From assembly GCA_013333695.2 (NCBI GenBank), contig JABCOH020000013.1:4623-68622 (forward strand): 64,000 nt of DNA, given 5' to 3'. Source of the stretch: Candidatus Saccharimonadota bacterium (lineage in GTDB: Bacteria > Patescibacteriota > Saccharimonadia > Saccharimonadales > Saccharimonadaceae). The position numbers were made by a program, and so were the translations under genes. Under the pieces are notes generated by a model. That model searched no databases. It saw only the letters and a program-made list of their open reading frames with translations, and had not been told where the DNA came from. This document shows, in pieces, positions 49,181 through 58,130 of this stretch (positions within the stretch are counted from its first letter, which is position 1; each line of letters opens with the position of its first letter).

Positions 49181-49543
49181 ATGAATCAGCAGCCAAGACC
49201 AATCACAGAAATGATGTCGATTCAAAAGGCGCGGGCCGAAGCGCTGGATTTGGCGACGCAAGCACACCCAGAGCGATCACAGCGAGTGGCGCCGCGTCTA
49301 TCCGAAGCGGCGGTGCGCGGTAGTGCCGAGGTGGTGGCTGATACGGCCGAGCCGGCAAAGATATCGCTAGAGGAGCGACGAAGACTGGAGAGCTGGGTTG
49401 AGGAATGTTTGCAAACTGTTACAGCAATTGGTGAGTGCATTGGGGAGTATCGAATGAAGCATAATGCGATCGCGGCACAAGCTTTCGACGCGTCTGACGC
49501 CATGCCAAAGGATCATAGAAATAATTATAGACGAGCAGCCTGA
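49181..49543 (+). CDS. Hypothetical protein
   Basis: ORF with GGAG RBS filling the gap; no family recognised. Confidence 0.6.
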   Translation: MNQQPRPITEMMSIQKARAEALDLATQAHPERSQRVAPRLSEAAVRGSAEVVADTAEPAKISLEERRRLESWVEECLQTVTAIGECIGEYRMKHNAIAAQAFDASDAMPKDHRNNYRRAA

Positions 49544-49556
49544 AAGGAGGTGATTT

Positions 49557-50060
49557 ATGCCAACGATTCTCAAAAAAGCCCTTGGTCTCGTCTTGGCGGA
49601 TAACACGCGTCTTTCACGTTCGCCTAAACCAGCGAAGTCTGCTCACGCTACTTCGGCGCCAAAGGTCCCGAAATCAACGCGTTCACTGCTGCGACTCACT
49701 CGTAAAGATCGGCCACTGAAGAAATTGACTGAGCGCGAGCTGATTCAGCTGGAGAGTGAAATTGGTGCAACGATTTTTGGTGAAAAGCCGGCTCACGTCG
49801 TCCGACGGACGTTCTTTAACCTCGATAAAACGACGTGGATTTGGCATGAAGAAGTGATGAGTAAGGACGGCAAGCGCCATGAGCTGACGACGCGTTACGA
49901 GGTGCAGTCGAAGGGTATCTTGAAAATTCAGCCTAATTATCAGTATAACTACCTCGAAGGGCAGGAATTACAAAACTTTGTGCTGGCGGTTAATGAATAT
50001 CATGAACGGGTGGCACGCCAGCTATATAATCGCGATCCGAAAACTGGACAGTTGGTGTAG
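49557..50060 (+). CDS. Hypothetical protein
   Basis: 167-aa ORF with AAGGAGGTGA RBS. Confidence 0.8.
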   Translation: MPTILKKALGLVLADNTRLSRSPKPAKSAHATSAPKVPKSTRSLLRLTRKDRPLKKLTERELIQLESEIGATIFGEKPAHVVRRTFFNLDKTTWIWHEEVMSKDGKRHELTTRYEVQSKGILKIQPNYQYNYLEGQELQNFVLAVNEYHERVARQLYNRDPKTGQLV

Positions 50061-50093
50061 TCGCCGTCTGGGCTGCTTGGTATAATAGTATGT

Positions 50094-51248
50094 GTGGAAT
50101 CCTCTATGATATATCTTGATCACGCTGCTGCTACGCCGATGGATCCGTTGGTGATTGAAGCGATGCAGCCGTATTTTTCTGAGAAGTTTTTTAACCCGTC
50201 CAGTCCATATGCGCCGGCGGTCACCGTCAAGCGTGACTACCGCGAGGCAAAGTCGCGTATCGCGCGGGTGCTGGGCGTGGGTGCGGATGAATTAGTGATG
50301 ACGGCTGGCGCCACGGAGTCAATCAATCTGGCATTTACTGCGGCGGGTGGCGTGAGTTTAGTCTCGGCTATCGAGCATAGCTCGGTTATCAATTCTGCAA
50401 AAGCGCGCTCGTCTGTTCGGCTCATCCCACCGATGAAAAACGGACGCATCGATCCGCAGGCCGTTAAAAAACTGCTGACGCCAGACGTTAGTTTTATGAG
50501 TATCGCGCTGGCGAATCATGAACTCGGATATATTCAGCCCGTTGAAGAAATTGCGGAAGTTGTGAGACTCGAGCGCGTGCGGCGCCAAGAAAATGGCGAA
50601 TCAATGCCGCTTATATTTCATACCGACGCCTCGCAGACCGCAGCGCTAATGGATGTGAAAATTAAGCGGCTGGGCGTTGATTTGTTGACGCTATCGGCGG
50701 CAAAAGTTTACGGGCCGAAGCAGGTTGGTTTGCTATGGATACGGCCGGGCGTCAAGCTACAGCCAAATATCGTTGGCGGCGGTCAGGAGGCGGGCCTGCG
50801 TAGCGGCACGGAAAATGTGGCTGGTGTGGTCGGCTTTGCGGCGGCGCTGGAGTTAGCTACCAAGCGTCGCAGCGGTGAAGTAAAACGGCTGCGAGGACTG
50901 CGTGATACGTTAACAAAAAAACTATTACCGGCTTTCCCTGACATGATTATTTCTTCTGATCAGAAAAAATCCTTGGTTAGCTTTCTCAATATTTCATTTC
51001 CTGGTGTTGACGCCGAACGATTAGTGTTTTTACTGGAAGCGCGCGGCGTGCTGGTGGCGACGGGTAGTGCTTGTGCGGCTAATTCGGGGACACGATCACA
51101 CGTTTTGTCGGCGATTGGGCTAAGCGATGCGGCGATTGACGGTAGTCTGCGGCTGACGTTGGGGCGGTTGAACGATGAAGCACAAGTTATGAGGGCGGCG
51201 GACGAGATTGTTACTGCAGTGCGTACAGAGCAGGAGCGGATGCGATGA
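50094..51248 (+). CDS. iscS: Cysteine desulfurase (IscS/NifS-like)
   Basis: IYLDHAAATP, GATES, HTDASQ, KVYGPK, RSGTEN, GSAC. Confidence 0.93.
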   Translation: MESSMIYLDHAAATPMDPLVIEAMQPYFSEKFFNPSSPYAPAVTVKRDYREAKSRIARVLGVGADELVMTAGATESINLAFTAAGGVSLVSAIEHSSVINSAKARSSVRLIPPMKNGRIDPQAVKKLLTPDVSFMSIALANHELGYIQPVEEIAEVVRLERVRRQENGESMPLIFHTDASQTAALMDVKIKRLGVDLLTLSAAKVYGPKQVGLLWIRPGVKLQPNIVGGGQEAGLRSGTENVAGVVGFAAALELATKRRSGEVKRLRGLRDTLTKKLLPAFPDMIISSDQKKSLVSFLNISFPGVDAERLVFLLEARGVLVATGSACAANSGTRSHVLSAIGLSDAAIDGSLRLTLGRLNDEAQVMRAADEIVTAVRTEQERMR

Positions 51249-51841
51249 TTCATCGGTTAATTGGCCTGGTGTTAATTGCGGTCGCGGTTATTGTCGGCTT
51301 GAGTTATTATTTGTCGCCGGATGACCTGAAAGATTGTCTGCGCCCGGGCTCAGGGCAATGCCAGAAAGCGGGCGCGATCATTGTTATCAGCGGCGGCGAT
51401 ACCGAAGCGCGCACGGCTGAGGCAGTTAAATTATATCAAGCTGGCTGGGCGCCAACTGTCATTTTATCTGGTGCTGCGGCTGATAAATCCGGCCCGTCTA
51501 ACGCCGCCGCCATGAGAAAACAAGCCGAAGCGGCGGGTGTGCCAGCTGCGGCCTTGGTGATGGATGAACGTTCAGAAACCACCAAGCAGAATGCCCAGGA
51601 AGTGGCGAGTATCATAGCGCAGCGCGGCATCAAGCGTGTCATTCTGGTCACCAGCGGCTACCACATGCGGCGGGCACTGGCTGAGTTTTCAGCGCAACTG
51701 CCGAATGTTGAGCTGCGGGCACGTCCGACAACGCACGACAAGCATTGGAGTACATGGTGGTGGTTGACACCGTGGGGCTGGTGGCTGGCGGTCGGCGAAT
51801 TGCTGCGGATCGGTTTGTTTGCACTGGGAGTGTCGCGCTGA
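51245..51841 (+). CDS. YdcF/ElyC (DUF218) family protein
   Basis: IIVISGG, ILSG, SETTKQNA, LVTSGYHMRRA. Confidence 0.9.
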   Translation: MIHRLIGLVLIAVAVIVGLSYYLSPDDLKDCLRPGSGQCQKAGAIIVISGGDTEARTAEAVKLYQAGWAPTVILSGAAADKSGPSNAAAMRKQAEAAGVPAAALVMDERSETTKQNAQEVASIIAQRGIKRVILVTSGYHMRRALAEFSAQLPNVELRARPTTHDKHWSTWWWLTPWGWWLAVGELLRIGLFALGVSR

Positions 51842-53004
51842 TGGCTCGGGTGTTCGTCGGTATGTCGGGCGGCGTTGATTCGTCGGTAGCGGCAGCGCTA
51901 CTAGTCGAGCAAGGCCACGAGGTGACCGGCGTGTATATGAAAAACTGGTCGGAAAATTTACCGGGTATGCACTGTCCGTGGGCGGAAGATGTGGCTGATG
52001 CCAAGCGCGTGGCAGTGGGGCTGGGAATTGATTTTCAGGTGTTTGATTTCCAAAAAGAGTATAAGCAAAACGTCGTTGACTATATGATCCGCGAATATCA
52101 AGCAGGTCGGACGCCAAACCCTGATGTGATGTGTAATCAAGAGGTGAAATTTAAGTTATTTTTAGAGGCGGCGTTGGCGGCGGGTGCGGAGTATATTGCG
52201 ACGGGGCATTATGCGTGCACTTTTCTTCCCGCGGGTCCTGTCGCTCGGTCCGCCCCTGAAAATTTTTCAGATGAGCTGAAAACATTTTCGGGCGCTACCC
52301 CGCCTCGCGCCACCCGCAGAGCGGATTCTTGTTTGAGCGAGGGTCGGTTACTCCGTGCTCGTGATGATAACAAAGACCAAACTTATTTCCTGTACCGCGT
52401 AACGTTCGAGGCGCTAGCGAAAACTATGTTTCCGCTCGGCGATTTTACCAAGGCTGAGGTGCGCCAGATGGCTAAGGAGCGGGGTTTGTGGACCGCCAGC
52501 AAAAAGGAATCGATGGGGATTTGCTTTGTTGGACAAGTGGGGATTCGCGAGTTTTTGTCAGAATATGTTGCAACGAGCCCGGGCGATATCATCGATCAGC
52601 AATCAGGCGCGGTTGTTGGGCGGCATGACGGGGCGATATTTTATACCCTGGGGCAGCGCCATGGCCTGAATGTCGGTGGCGGCTTGCCGTACTATGTCGT
52701 CGGTAAGGATATGGCAAAAAACGAAGTTTATGTATCGCGCTCAATTGATGATGGTAATTTGTGGCGGAAAGAGTTGACACTGGCTGACGTTCACTGGATT
52801 AACCAGCCGCCAAAAGGCGATACCTGTCAAGTTCGGGTGCGGCATCGGGCGCCGCTCATTAATGCGGAGATTGCGCGTGTGAATTATGATGATGGCGAGA
52901 AAGTGACGGTTGTCTTGTCCGAGCCGCAGCGCGCCGTTGCGCCGGGTCAGTCAGCCGTGATATATGACGGCGAGGAATGTTTGGGCGGCGGGATTATTTG
53001 CTAA
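51841..53004 (+). CDS. mnmA: tRNA 2-thiouridylase
   Basis: MSGGVDSS, TPNPDVMCN, ATGHY, KDQTYFL, SMGICF, PGQSAV; ATG 51841. Confidence 0.98.
   Translation: MARVFVGMSGGVDSSVAAALLVEQGHEVTGVYMKNWSENLPGMHCPWAEDVADAKRVAVGLGIDFQVFDFQKEYKQNVVDYMIREYQAGRTPNPDVMCNQEVKFKLFLEAALAAGAEYIATGHYACTFLPAGPVARSAPENFSDELKTFSGATPPRATRRADSCLSEGRLLRARDDNKDQTYFLYRVTFEALAKTMFPLGDFTKAEVRQMAKERGLWTASKKESMGICFVGQVGIREFLSEYVATSPGDIIDQQSGAVVGRHDGAIFYTLGQRHGLNVGGGLPYYVVGKDMAKNEVYVSRSIDDGNLWRKELTLADVHWINQPPKGDTCQVRVRHRAPLINAEIARVNYDDGEKVTVVLSEPQRAVAPGQSAVIYDGEECLGGGIIC
52231..52317. repeat. Palindromic element in frame within mnmA
   Basis: Nested stems GCGGGT/ACCCGC, CGCCC/GGGCG, GAAAAT/ATTTTC, TTTTCAG/CTGAAAA. Confidence 0.7.
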
Positions 53005-53256
53005 ACTAGCTGCTACTGAGAAGCATACTTGCGGGCCTTCATTCATCATAGCCTCGATAAACATACCGCGGTTAGGAATTTGATCAAACAATTGTTTTAG
53101 GCGTTCAAAATTTTCTTCGTGTTCGACGATACTTTGGGAAAAACGAGCTTTAGCGATTGATCCTTTCTCTCAGACATTGCGCAACGTCAGGATCTTCAAG
53201 CTGACGCTTTTCTTTTTCTGCTCTGTCAGACACGGCTTTTATCGGATCATCAGTAA

Positions 53257-53979
53257 TTAAATCATACGCTTAGCGATTGCTTGAAGTTTCTGTGATAGAT
53301 TCATGCGCTCATGAAAATCGTAGCCCTGTTCTTCAAAACGCATCAACTGCTGGTAGTCAAATATGTTATCTAACATATAGACGACTAGTTTTGAATAATC
53401 CCCTCTAAGGTCATCTTCATTAACAGAATCATCGTTAATTGTCATATTCTGTAAATCGTAGAAAAATAAGCGCATCGATCCGTCCGGTAAGGCGGCAAAT
53501 GATATGCTGTCTCGCGACAGGACGATTCCCGATTGTGTGAGCGTGGCGATATCGGCGCCAAAACCAGTGATACAGGAAGAAATATCTGAAAAATGTTCAA
53601 TGTGAGAAAGTGGACCGTGTGTATATGTCTGTGTTCCATCCTTGCTGTCAAAGACCCTAAAAGGAAGATCAGAAAACGGTGTCATACTTAGTGCTGGTAG
53701 CTCTTGACCGTTTATAGTAGTGGTTATTATTTCGTATTCAGGAACAGTGAGAAGTCCTAATTCAGACAGTAGTTTCGCGTTTTCGGGTTCTTGTAATACA
53801 CTGTTCCATTTCTCTGCCTGTGTATCGGGATCGTCAATACTATTCGGTATCGCCAGCGCCCTTCTTTTTCCATTAATGATTGCGTCAAATACTGTTTTTG
53901 AGCCGCCTTCGCCAAGTAGACCCAAAATAATAAAATCTGTATCATCGATTTCTCTTGGTTGGATATGTTCATGTGGCAT
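53257..53979 (-). CDS. Hypothetical protein with protein-kinase-like motifs
   Basis: LGEGGSKTVF glycine loop, SRD, FYDL; AT-rich; own TTGACT-17-TATAAT promoter. Confidence 0.6.
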   Translation of the reverse strand: MPHEHIQPREIDDTDFIILGLLGEGGSKTVFDAIINGKRRALAIPNSIDDPDTQAEKWNSVLQEPENAKLLSELGLLTVPEYEIITTTINGQELPALSMTPFSDLPFRVFDSKDGTQTYTHGPLSHIEHFSDISSCITGFGADIATLTQSGIVLSRDSISFAALPDGSMRLFFYDLQNMTINDDSVNEDDLRGDYSKLVVYMLDNIFDYQQLMRFEEQGYDFHERMNLSQKLQAIAKRMI

Positions 53980-54034
53980 ATTTGGATATTATAACAGATA
54001 GACATAAAAAGTCAATAGCAGGCTCAAGACAGAA

Positions 54035-54063
54035 TTGACGTACATAGCGAAATAGTGTACACT
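54035..54063 (+). promoter_or_regulatory. rpsP promoter
   Basis: TTGACG-17 nt-TACACT. Confidence 0.7.
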
Positions 54064-54116
54064 CTCTAGGAGTAATACATTAATCAAAGAGTTGTAAGAA
54101 AAGGAAGAAATTACAC

Positions 54117-54479
54117 ATGCTAGCAATTCGTTTGCAACGGTTGGGTCGCAAGGGTTATCCGGTGTACCGCCTGGCAGTACAAGAGGCGCAGCGCCATCCA
54201 TCAAGCGGTCGCGTGGTCGCGTATGTCGGCAGCTACAATCCACACACTAAAGCAGCAAATATTCAGGCTGAATTAGCACAGAAATATCTGGACAATGGTG
54301 CCCAGCCAACACCGCGTGTTGTTAAGTTATTGAAAGAAGCTGGCGTCGCCTTGCCAAAGTGGGTTAAAGAGCCAGCTGCTGATAGGCACAAAGCCATCCG
54401 CAATCCAGAGAAGCTTCGTAAAAACCAGCCAAAAGAAGAGCCAGTTCAGTCAGATACTGATGAGTCAGGCGCTGAGTAA
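54117..54479 (+). CDS. rpsP: 30S ribosomal protein S16
   Basis: MLAIRLQRLGRK..P.YR, GSYNP, GAQPT. Confidence 0.96.
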   Translation: MLAIRLQRLGRKGYPVYRLAVQEAQRHPSSGRVVAYVGSYNPHTKAANIQAELAQKYLDNGAQPTPRVVKLLKEAGVALPKWVKEPAADRHKAIRNPEKLRKNQPKEEPVQSDTDESGAE

Positions 54480-54503
54480 TACGACGTGATAAACTGAGAC
54501 ATT

Positions 54504-54530
54504 TCCCGCCCGCGATGAGGGCGGGATTTT
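54504..54530 (+). terminator. Intrinsic terminator after rpsP
   Basis: TCCCGCCC-GCGATGA-GGGCGGGA-TTTT. Confidence 0.8.
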
Positions 54531-54607
54531 CTTGACAATGGAGGGCCTAATCGCGTATTATTTGAGGTAATAGTACAACGAAATAACATGAACATAATAG
54601 GGGGTTT

Positions 54608-56137
54608 ATGAAATATTTACAACAACGCGGGCGCTTGCTGCCGATGCTAACGGCAGGGGTTATCACGCTCGGTGTTAGCGGCCTGACGCTACTTGCGATG
54701 ACGCAGCCAGCGAAAGCTGATCCAATTAACAATACTGATTTTGTCATGACGATTGACACCACGAAACCGGGCGTATCAAACACCGATCAATTTACTATAC
54801 CGGTGACAGGCGGGGGATATAATTATACGGTCGACTGTAACAATGACGGTATTCCTGACGCTGTGGGCGTGACGGGTAGCCACACCTGCACATACAGCGA
54901 TGAGGGTCGTCACACAATTCGTATCGGCGGTACATTCCCGCAGATTTATGTGAATAATGCCGGTGATCGTTTGAAAATCATGTCAGTTGACCAGTGGGGA
55001 ACGGGCGTGTGGCGCAGCATGGACTCGGCGTTTCGGGGCGCTGAGAATATTGACGTCAAGGCGACTGACGTGCCAAATCTCACGAACGTAACGAGCTTAC
55101 AGAGCATGTTCGACACGGCTCACTCGCTCAAGGGTGAGGGTGCCAACTGGCAATGGAATACATCAAATGTGACGACAACTGCTAATATGTTCCATGGCGC
55201 CGGACAGTTTAACCAAAACATCGGTTCGTGGAACATGGGAAATGTGACGAGCGCTGGTCATATGTTTGCGTATGCGGGAGCGTTCAATAATGGTGGCAGT
55301 TCGTCAATTGCCAGCTGGAATACTGCAAAACTTGAATACGCTGATAGTATGTTCGAGTGGGCAAATTCGTTTAATCAGCCGATCGGGCTGTGGAATATGA
55401 CGAAAGCACATGCTATGGTACGGATGTTGGCTAATGCGCGGGCATTCAACCAGTCGCTGGCTGGCTGGCAACTGACCTCGCTGCAGGACGTTACGGGTAA
55501 TCCGTATGCTGGTGGGGCGAATATGCTTGATAATACGGCGCTATCGGTGCAAAATTACGACGCAACACTGGCTGCCTGGAATAATGCAGTACTCAAGTCA
55601 CCAGTGACGCTGGGTGCGGCTGGCCTGAAATATTGTACGGCGGAGGCGGCGCATGCAGCGCTGCAAAAGACAGTGGCCGACGGTGGTCACGGCTGGACGA
55701 TCAATGGCGATGCCAAGCAGTGCCCGACCTACACGCTGACGTTTAATACCGGCTCAGGCTCACCGGTACCATCTCAAACGGTCGCCTACACTGCCAAGGC
55801 GGTGCGGCCGGCTGATCCGACGCGGGCTGGCTATACCTTTGCTGGGTGGTACGCTGATCCAACTTATCTGATGCAATGGGACTTTAACGTCCATACGATG
55901 CCAAATTCTAACTTCACGCTATACGCTAAGTGGAACGCTGTGCCAACAGCGCCGGGTAATCCAGGTGCTCCTAACCAGCCGGGTCAGCCGAGTCAACCAG
56001 GGCAGCCGGGCGCTTCGCAAGGCCGAGCGGGCAGTCAACTAGCTGATACCGGTACGAGTTTGCTGGTAGCGATCGGGGCTGGTGTTGCTGCCATCATCAG
56101 CGGTGCAGTGCTGATGATGCGGAAAAAACGCTCATAA
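54608..56137 (+). CDS. Surface protein: signal peptide, DUF285/BspA-like repeats, InlB B-repeat, P/Q/G linker, LADTG sorting signal
   Basis: WNTSNVT..MF..A..FNQ.I..W repeats; PTRAGYTFAGWY...TLYAKW; LADTG + TM + RKKR. Confidence 0.88.
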   Translation: MKYLQQRGRLLPMLTAGVITLGVSGLTLLAMTQPAKADPINNTDFVMTIDTTKPGVSNTDQFTIPVTGGGYNYTVDCNNDGIPDAVGVTGSHTCTYSDEGRHTIRIGGTFPQIYVNNAGDRLKIMSVDQWGTGVWRSMDSAFRGAENIDVKATDVPNLTNVTSLQSMFDTAHSLKGEGANWQWNTSNVTTTANMFHGAGQFNQNIGSWNMGNVTSAGHMFAYAGAFNNGGSSSIASWNTAKLEYADSMFEWANSFNQPIGLWNMTKAHAMVRMLANARAFNQSLAGWQLTSLQDVTGNPYAGGANMLDNTALSVQNYDATLAAWNNAVLKSPVTLGAAGLKYCTAEAAHAALQKTVADGGHGWTINGDAKQCPTYTLTFNTGSGSPVPSQTVAYTAKAVRPADPTRAGYTFAGWYADPTYLMQWDFNVHTMPNSNFTLYAKWNAVPTAPGNPGAPNQPGQPSQPGQPGASQGRAGSQLADTGTSLLVAIGAGVAAIISGAVLMMRKKRS

Positions 56138-56179
56138 AGATCCAGAGTATCTGAGGCGACTTGTGCTATAATTGCTCCT

Positions 56180-58063
56180 ATGAACGCTCAAGAAATTCGC
56201 CTCAAATATCTCGACTTTTACAGCAAACAGGCTCACGCAGTCATCAAGCGCGCGCCGCTGATTCTAACCGACGATCCGACAACGCTATTTACCGGTGCGG
56301 GTATGCAGCCGATGATCCCATATTTACTCGGTGAGCCGCATCCTGAGGGTAAGCGAATCGCTGATTCACAGACGTGCTTGCGAGCGCAGGATATTGATGA
56401 TATCGGTGATAACCGTCACACGACGTTTTTTGAAATGCTCGGCAACTGGAGCTTGGGTGATTATTTCAAAAAAGAGCAGATCAATTGGATGTGGCAATTC
56501 CTGTCCGAAGAGGTTGGGCTGGACATGAACCGGATTTATATCACCTGTTACATTGGTGATGAACGCTACAATATTCCTAAGGATACCGAGGCAGCGGAAA
56601 TCTGGGCGGAGCTATACGAAAAAGCAGGCCTGAGCAGCGGTCAGGCCGATATTGGTTCGGAAGAAGCCGGTTATGCGCGTGGCATTTACCCGGGCGAGCG
56701 GATTTTCTTTTATGATGGCAGTAAGAACTGGTGGAGCCGTAACGGCGGGCCAGAAACCACGCCGATTGGTGATCCGTGCGGGCCGGATAGCGAGATGTTT
56801 TATGAGTTTGACTTCATTGAGCACGATCCGAAGTTTGGTAGGCACTGTCATCCGAATTGTGATTGCGGTCGCTTTATGGAGATCGGTAACAATGTCTTTA
56901 TGGCCTATAAAAAGGTGGCGGACGGCGTGTTTGAGCCACTAGAAAAGCCAAACATTGATCATGGTTCGGGTCTGGAACGAATTGCGGCGGCCGCTAATAA
57001 CGACCCTGATGTCTTCAAGATTAGCTTGCTGTGGCCAATCGTCGAGAAATTGCAGGATTTGAGCGGTAAAAAGTACGCGTCACATACCGAAAGTATGCGG
57101 GTAATCGCTGATCATCTGAGGGCCGCTACCTTTATGGCGGTCGATGGCTGCGTGCCGAGCAATAAGGAACAGGGCTACGTGATGCGCCGCTTACTACGCC
57201 GGGCGATTCGCTATAGTTTTGACCTGGGGATCGAGCAGAATTTCCTGGAGGAAGTCGTACCAGTAATCGCTGATTTATATGAAGCGGATTTCCCAGAAGT
57301 TAAGGAAAACCGCGAGAGTATCATCGCTGTTCTCGTTAAGGAAGAAAAAGCCTTCCGTCAGACGCTGCGTAAAGGCTTAAAACAAATGCAGCAGTATATC
57401 GACGATGGTTTGACTGGCGAAGAACTATTTACACTGTACGATACCTTTGGCTTTCCGGTGGAGCTGAGCACTGAGGAGGCGTATAAACAAGGCATCAAGC
57501 TTTCTGATAACTGGCGCGCTGAATTTGATGCTAAGATGGACGAGCAACGCCAACGCTCCAAGACAGCACGCAAGGGGCAATTTAGCGGCGGCCTGGAGGG
57601 GCACGATCCGATTCATCTCAAGTATCATACGGCAACGCATCTGTTGGGAGCGGCACTACGCAAAGTCCTCGATGCGCCGGATTTGCAGCAGCATGGTAGC
57701 AATATCACGGCTGAGCGCCTGCGCTTTGATTTCAATCACCATAAATTGACGCCGGAGGAAAAGCAGGCGGTGGAGGATCAAGTTAATGCCTGGATCGACG
57801 CTGATTTGCCAGTCAGCTTTGCCGTCTATCCGACTGACGAGGCGCTAAAAATGGGTGCAATCGGCGCCTTTGGCGAGCGCTACGGTGATACGGTGAAAGT
57901 CTATTCCATTGGCGAGGGTGACAATATCATTAGCTTTGAAGTCTGCGGCGGCCCGCACGTCGAGCACACGGGTATTTTGGCTGAGGGCGGCAAGCGCTTC
58001 ACCATCACCAAAGAAGAGGCGAGCGCTGCTGGGATTCGGCGGATTAAGGCGATACTTGACTGA
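56180..58063 (+). CDS. alaS: Alanine--tRNA ligase (short, no C-Ala domain)
   Basis: TLFTGAGM, HTTFFEMLGNWS, GLERI, LYDTFGFP, HTATH, CGGPH, GIRRI. Confidence 0.97.
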   Translation: MNAQEIRLKYLDFYSKQAHAVIKRAPLILTDDPTTLFTGAGMQPMIPYLLGEPHPEGKRIADSQTCLRAQDIDDIGDNRHTTFFEMLGNWSLGDYFKKEQINWMWQFLSEEVGLDMNRIYITCYIGDERYNIPKDTEAAEIWAELYEKAGLSSGQADIGSEEAGYARGIYPGERIFFYDGSKNWWSRNGGPETTPIGDPCGPDSEMFYEFDFIEHDPKFGRHCHPNCDCGRFMEIGNNVFMAYKKVADGVFEPLEKPNIDHGSGLERIAAAANNDPDVFKISLLWPIVEKLQDLSGKKYASHTESMRVIADHLRAATFMAVDGCVPSNKEQGYVMRRLLRRAIRYSFDLGIEQNFLEEVVPVIADLYEADFPEVKENRESIIAVLVKEEKAFRQTLRKGLKQMQQYIDDGLTGEELFTLYDTFGFPVELSTEEAYKQGIKLSDNWRAEFDAKMDEQRQRSKTARKGQFSGGLEGHDPIHLKYHTATHLLGAALRKVLDAPDLQQHGSNITAERLRFDFNHHKLTPEEKQAVEDQVNAWIDADLPVSFAVYPTDEALKMGAIGAFGERYGDTVKVYSIGEGDNIISFEVCGGPHVEHTGILAEGGKRFTITKEEASAAGIRRIKAILD

Positions 58064-58130
58064 GGCTGGTTAATTATCCTAGTAAAAAACTAGCCAATCC
58101 ACACTCAAATGGTATATAATCATAAAGACT

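Noticed and set aside
53005..53256. AT-rich gap after mnmA as a gene or RNA
   Set aside because: Only short broken reverse-strand frames and no strong structure; possibly a gene remnant but unsupported.
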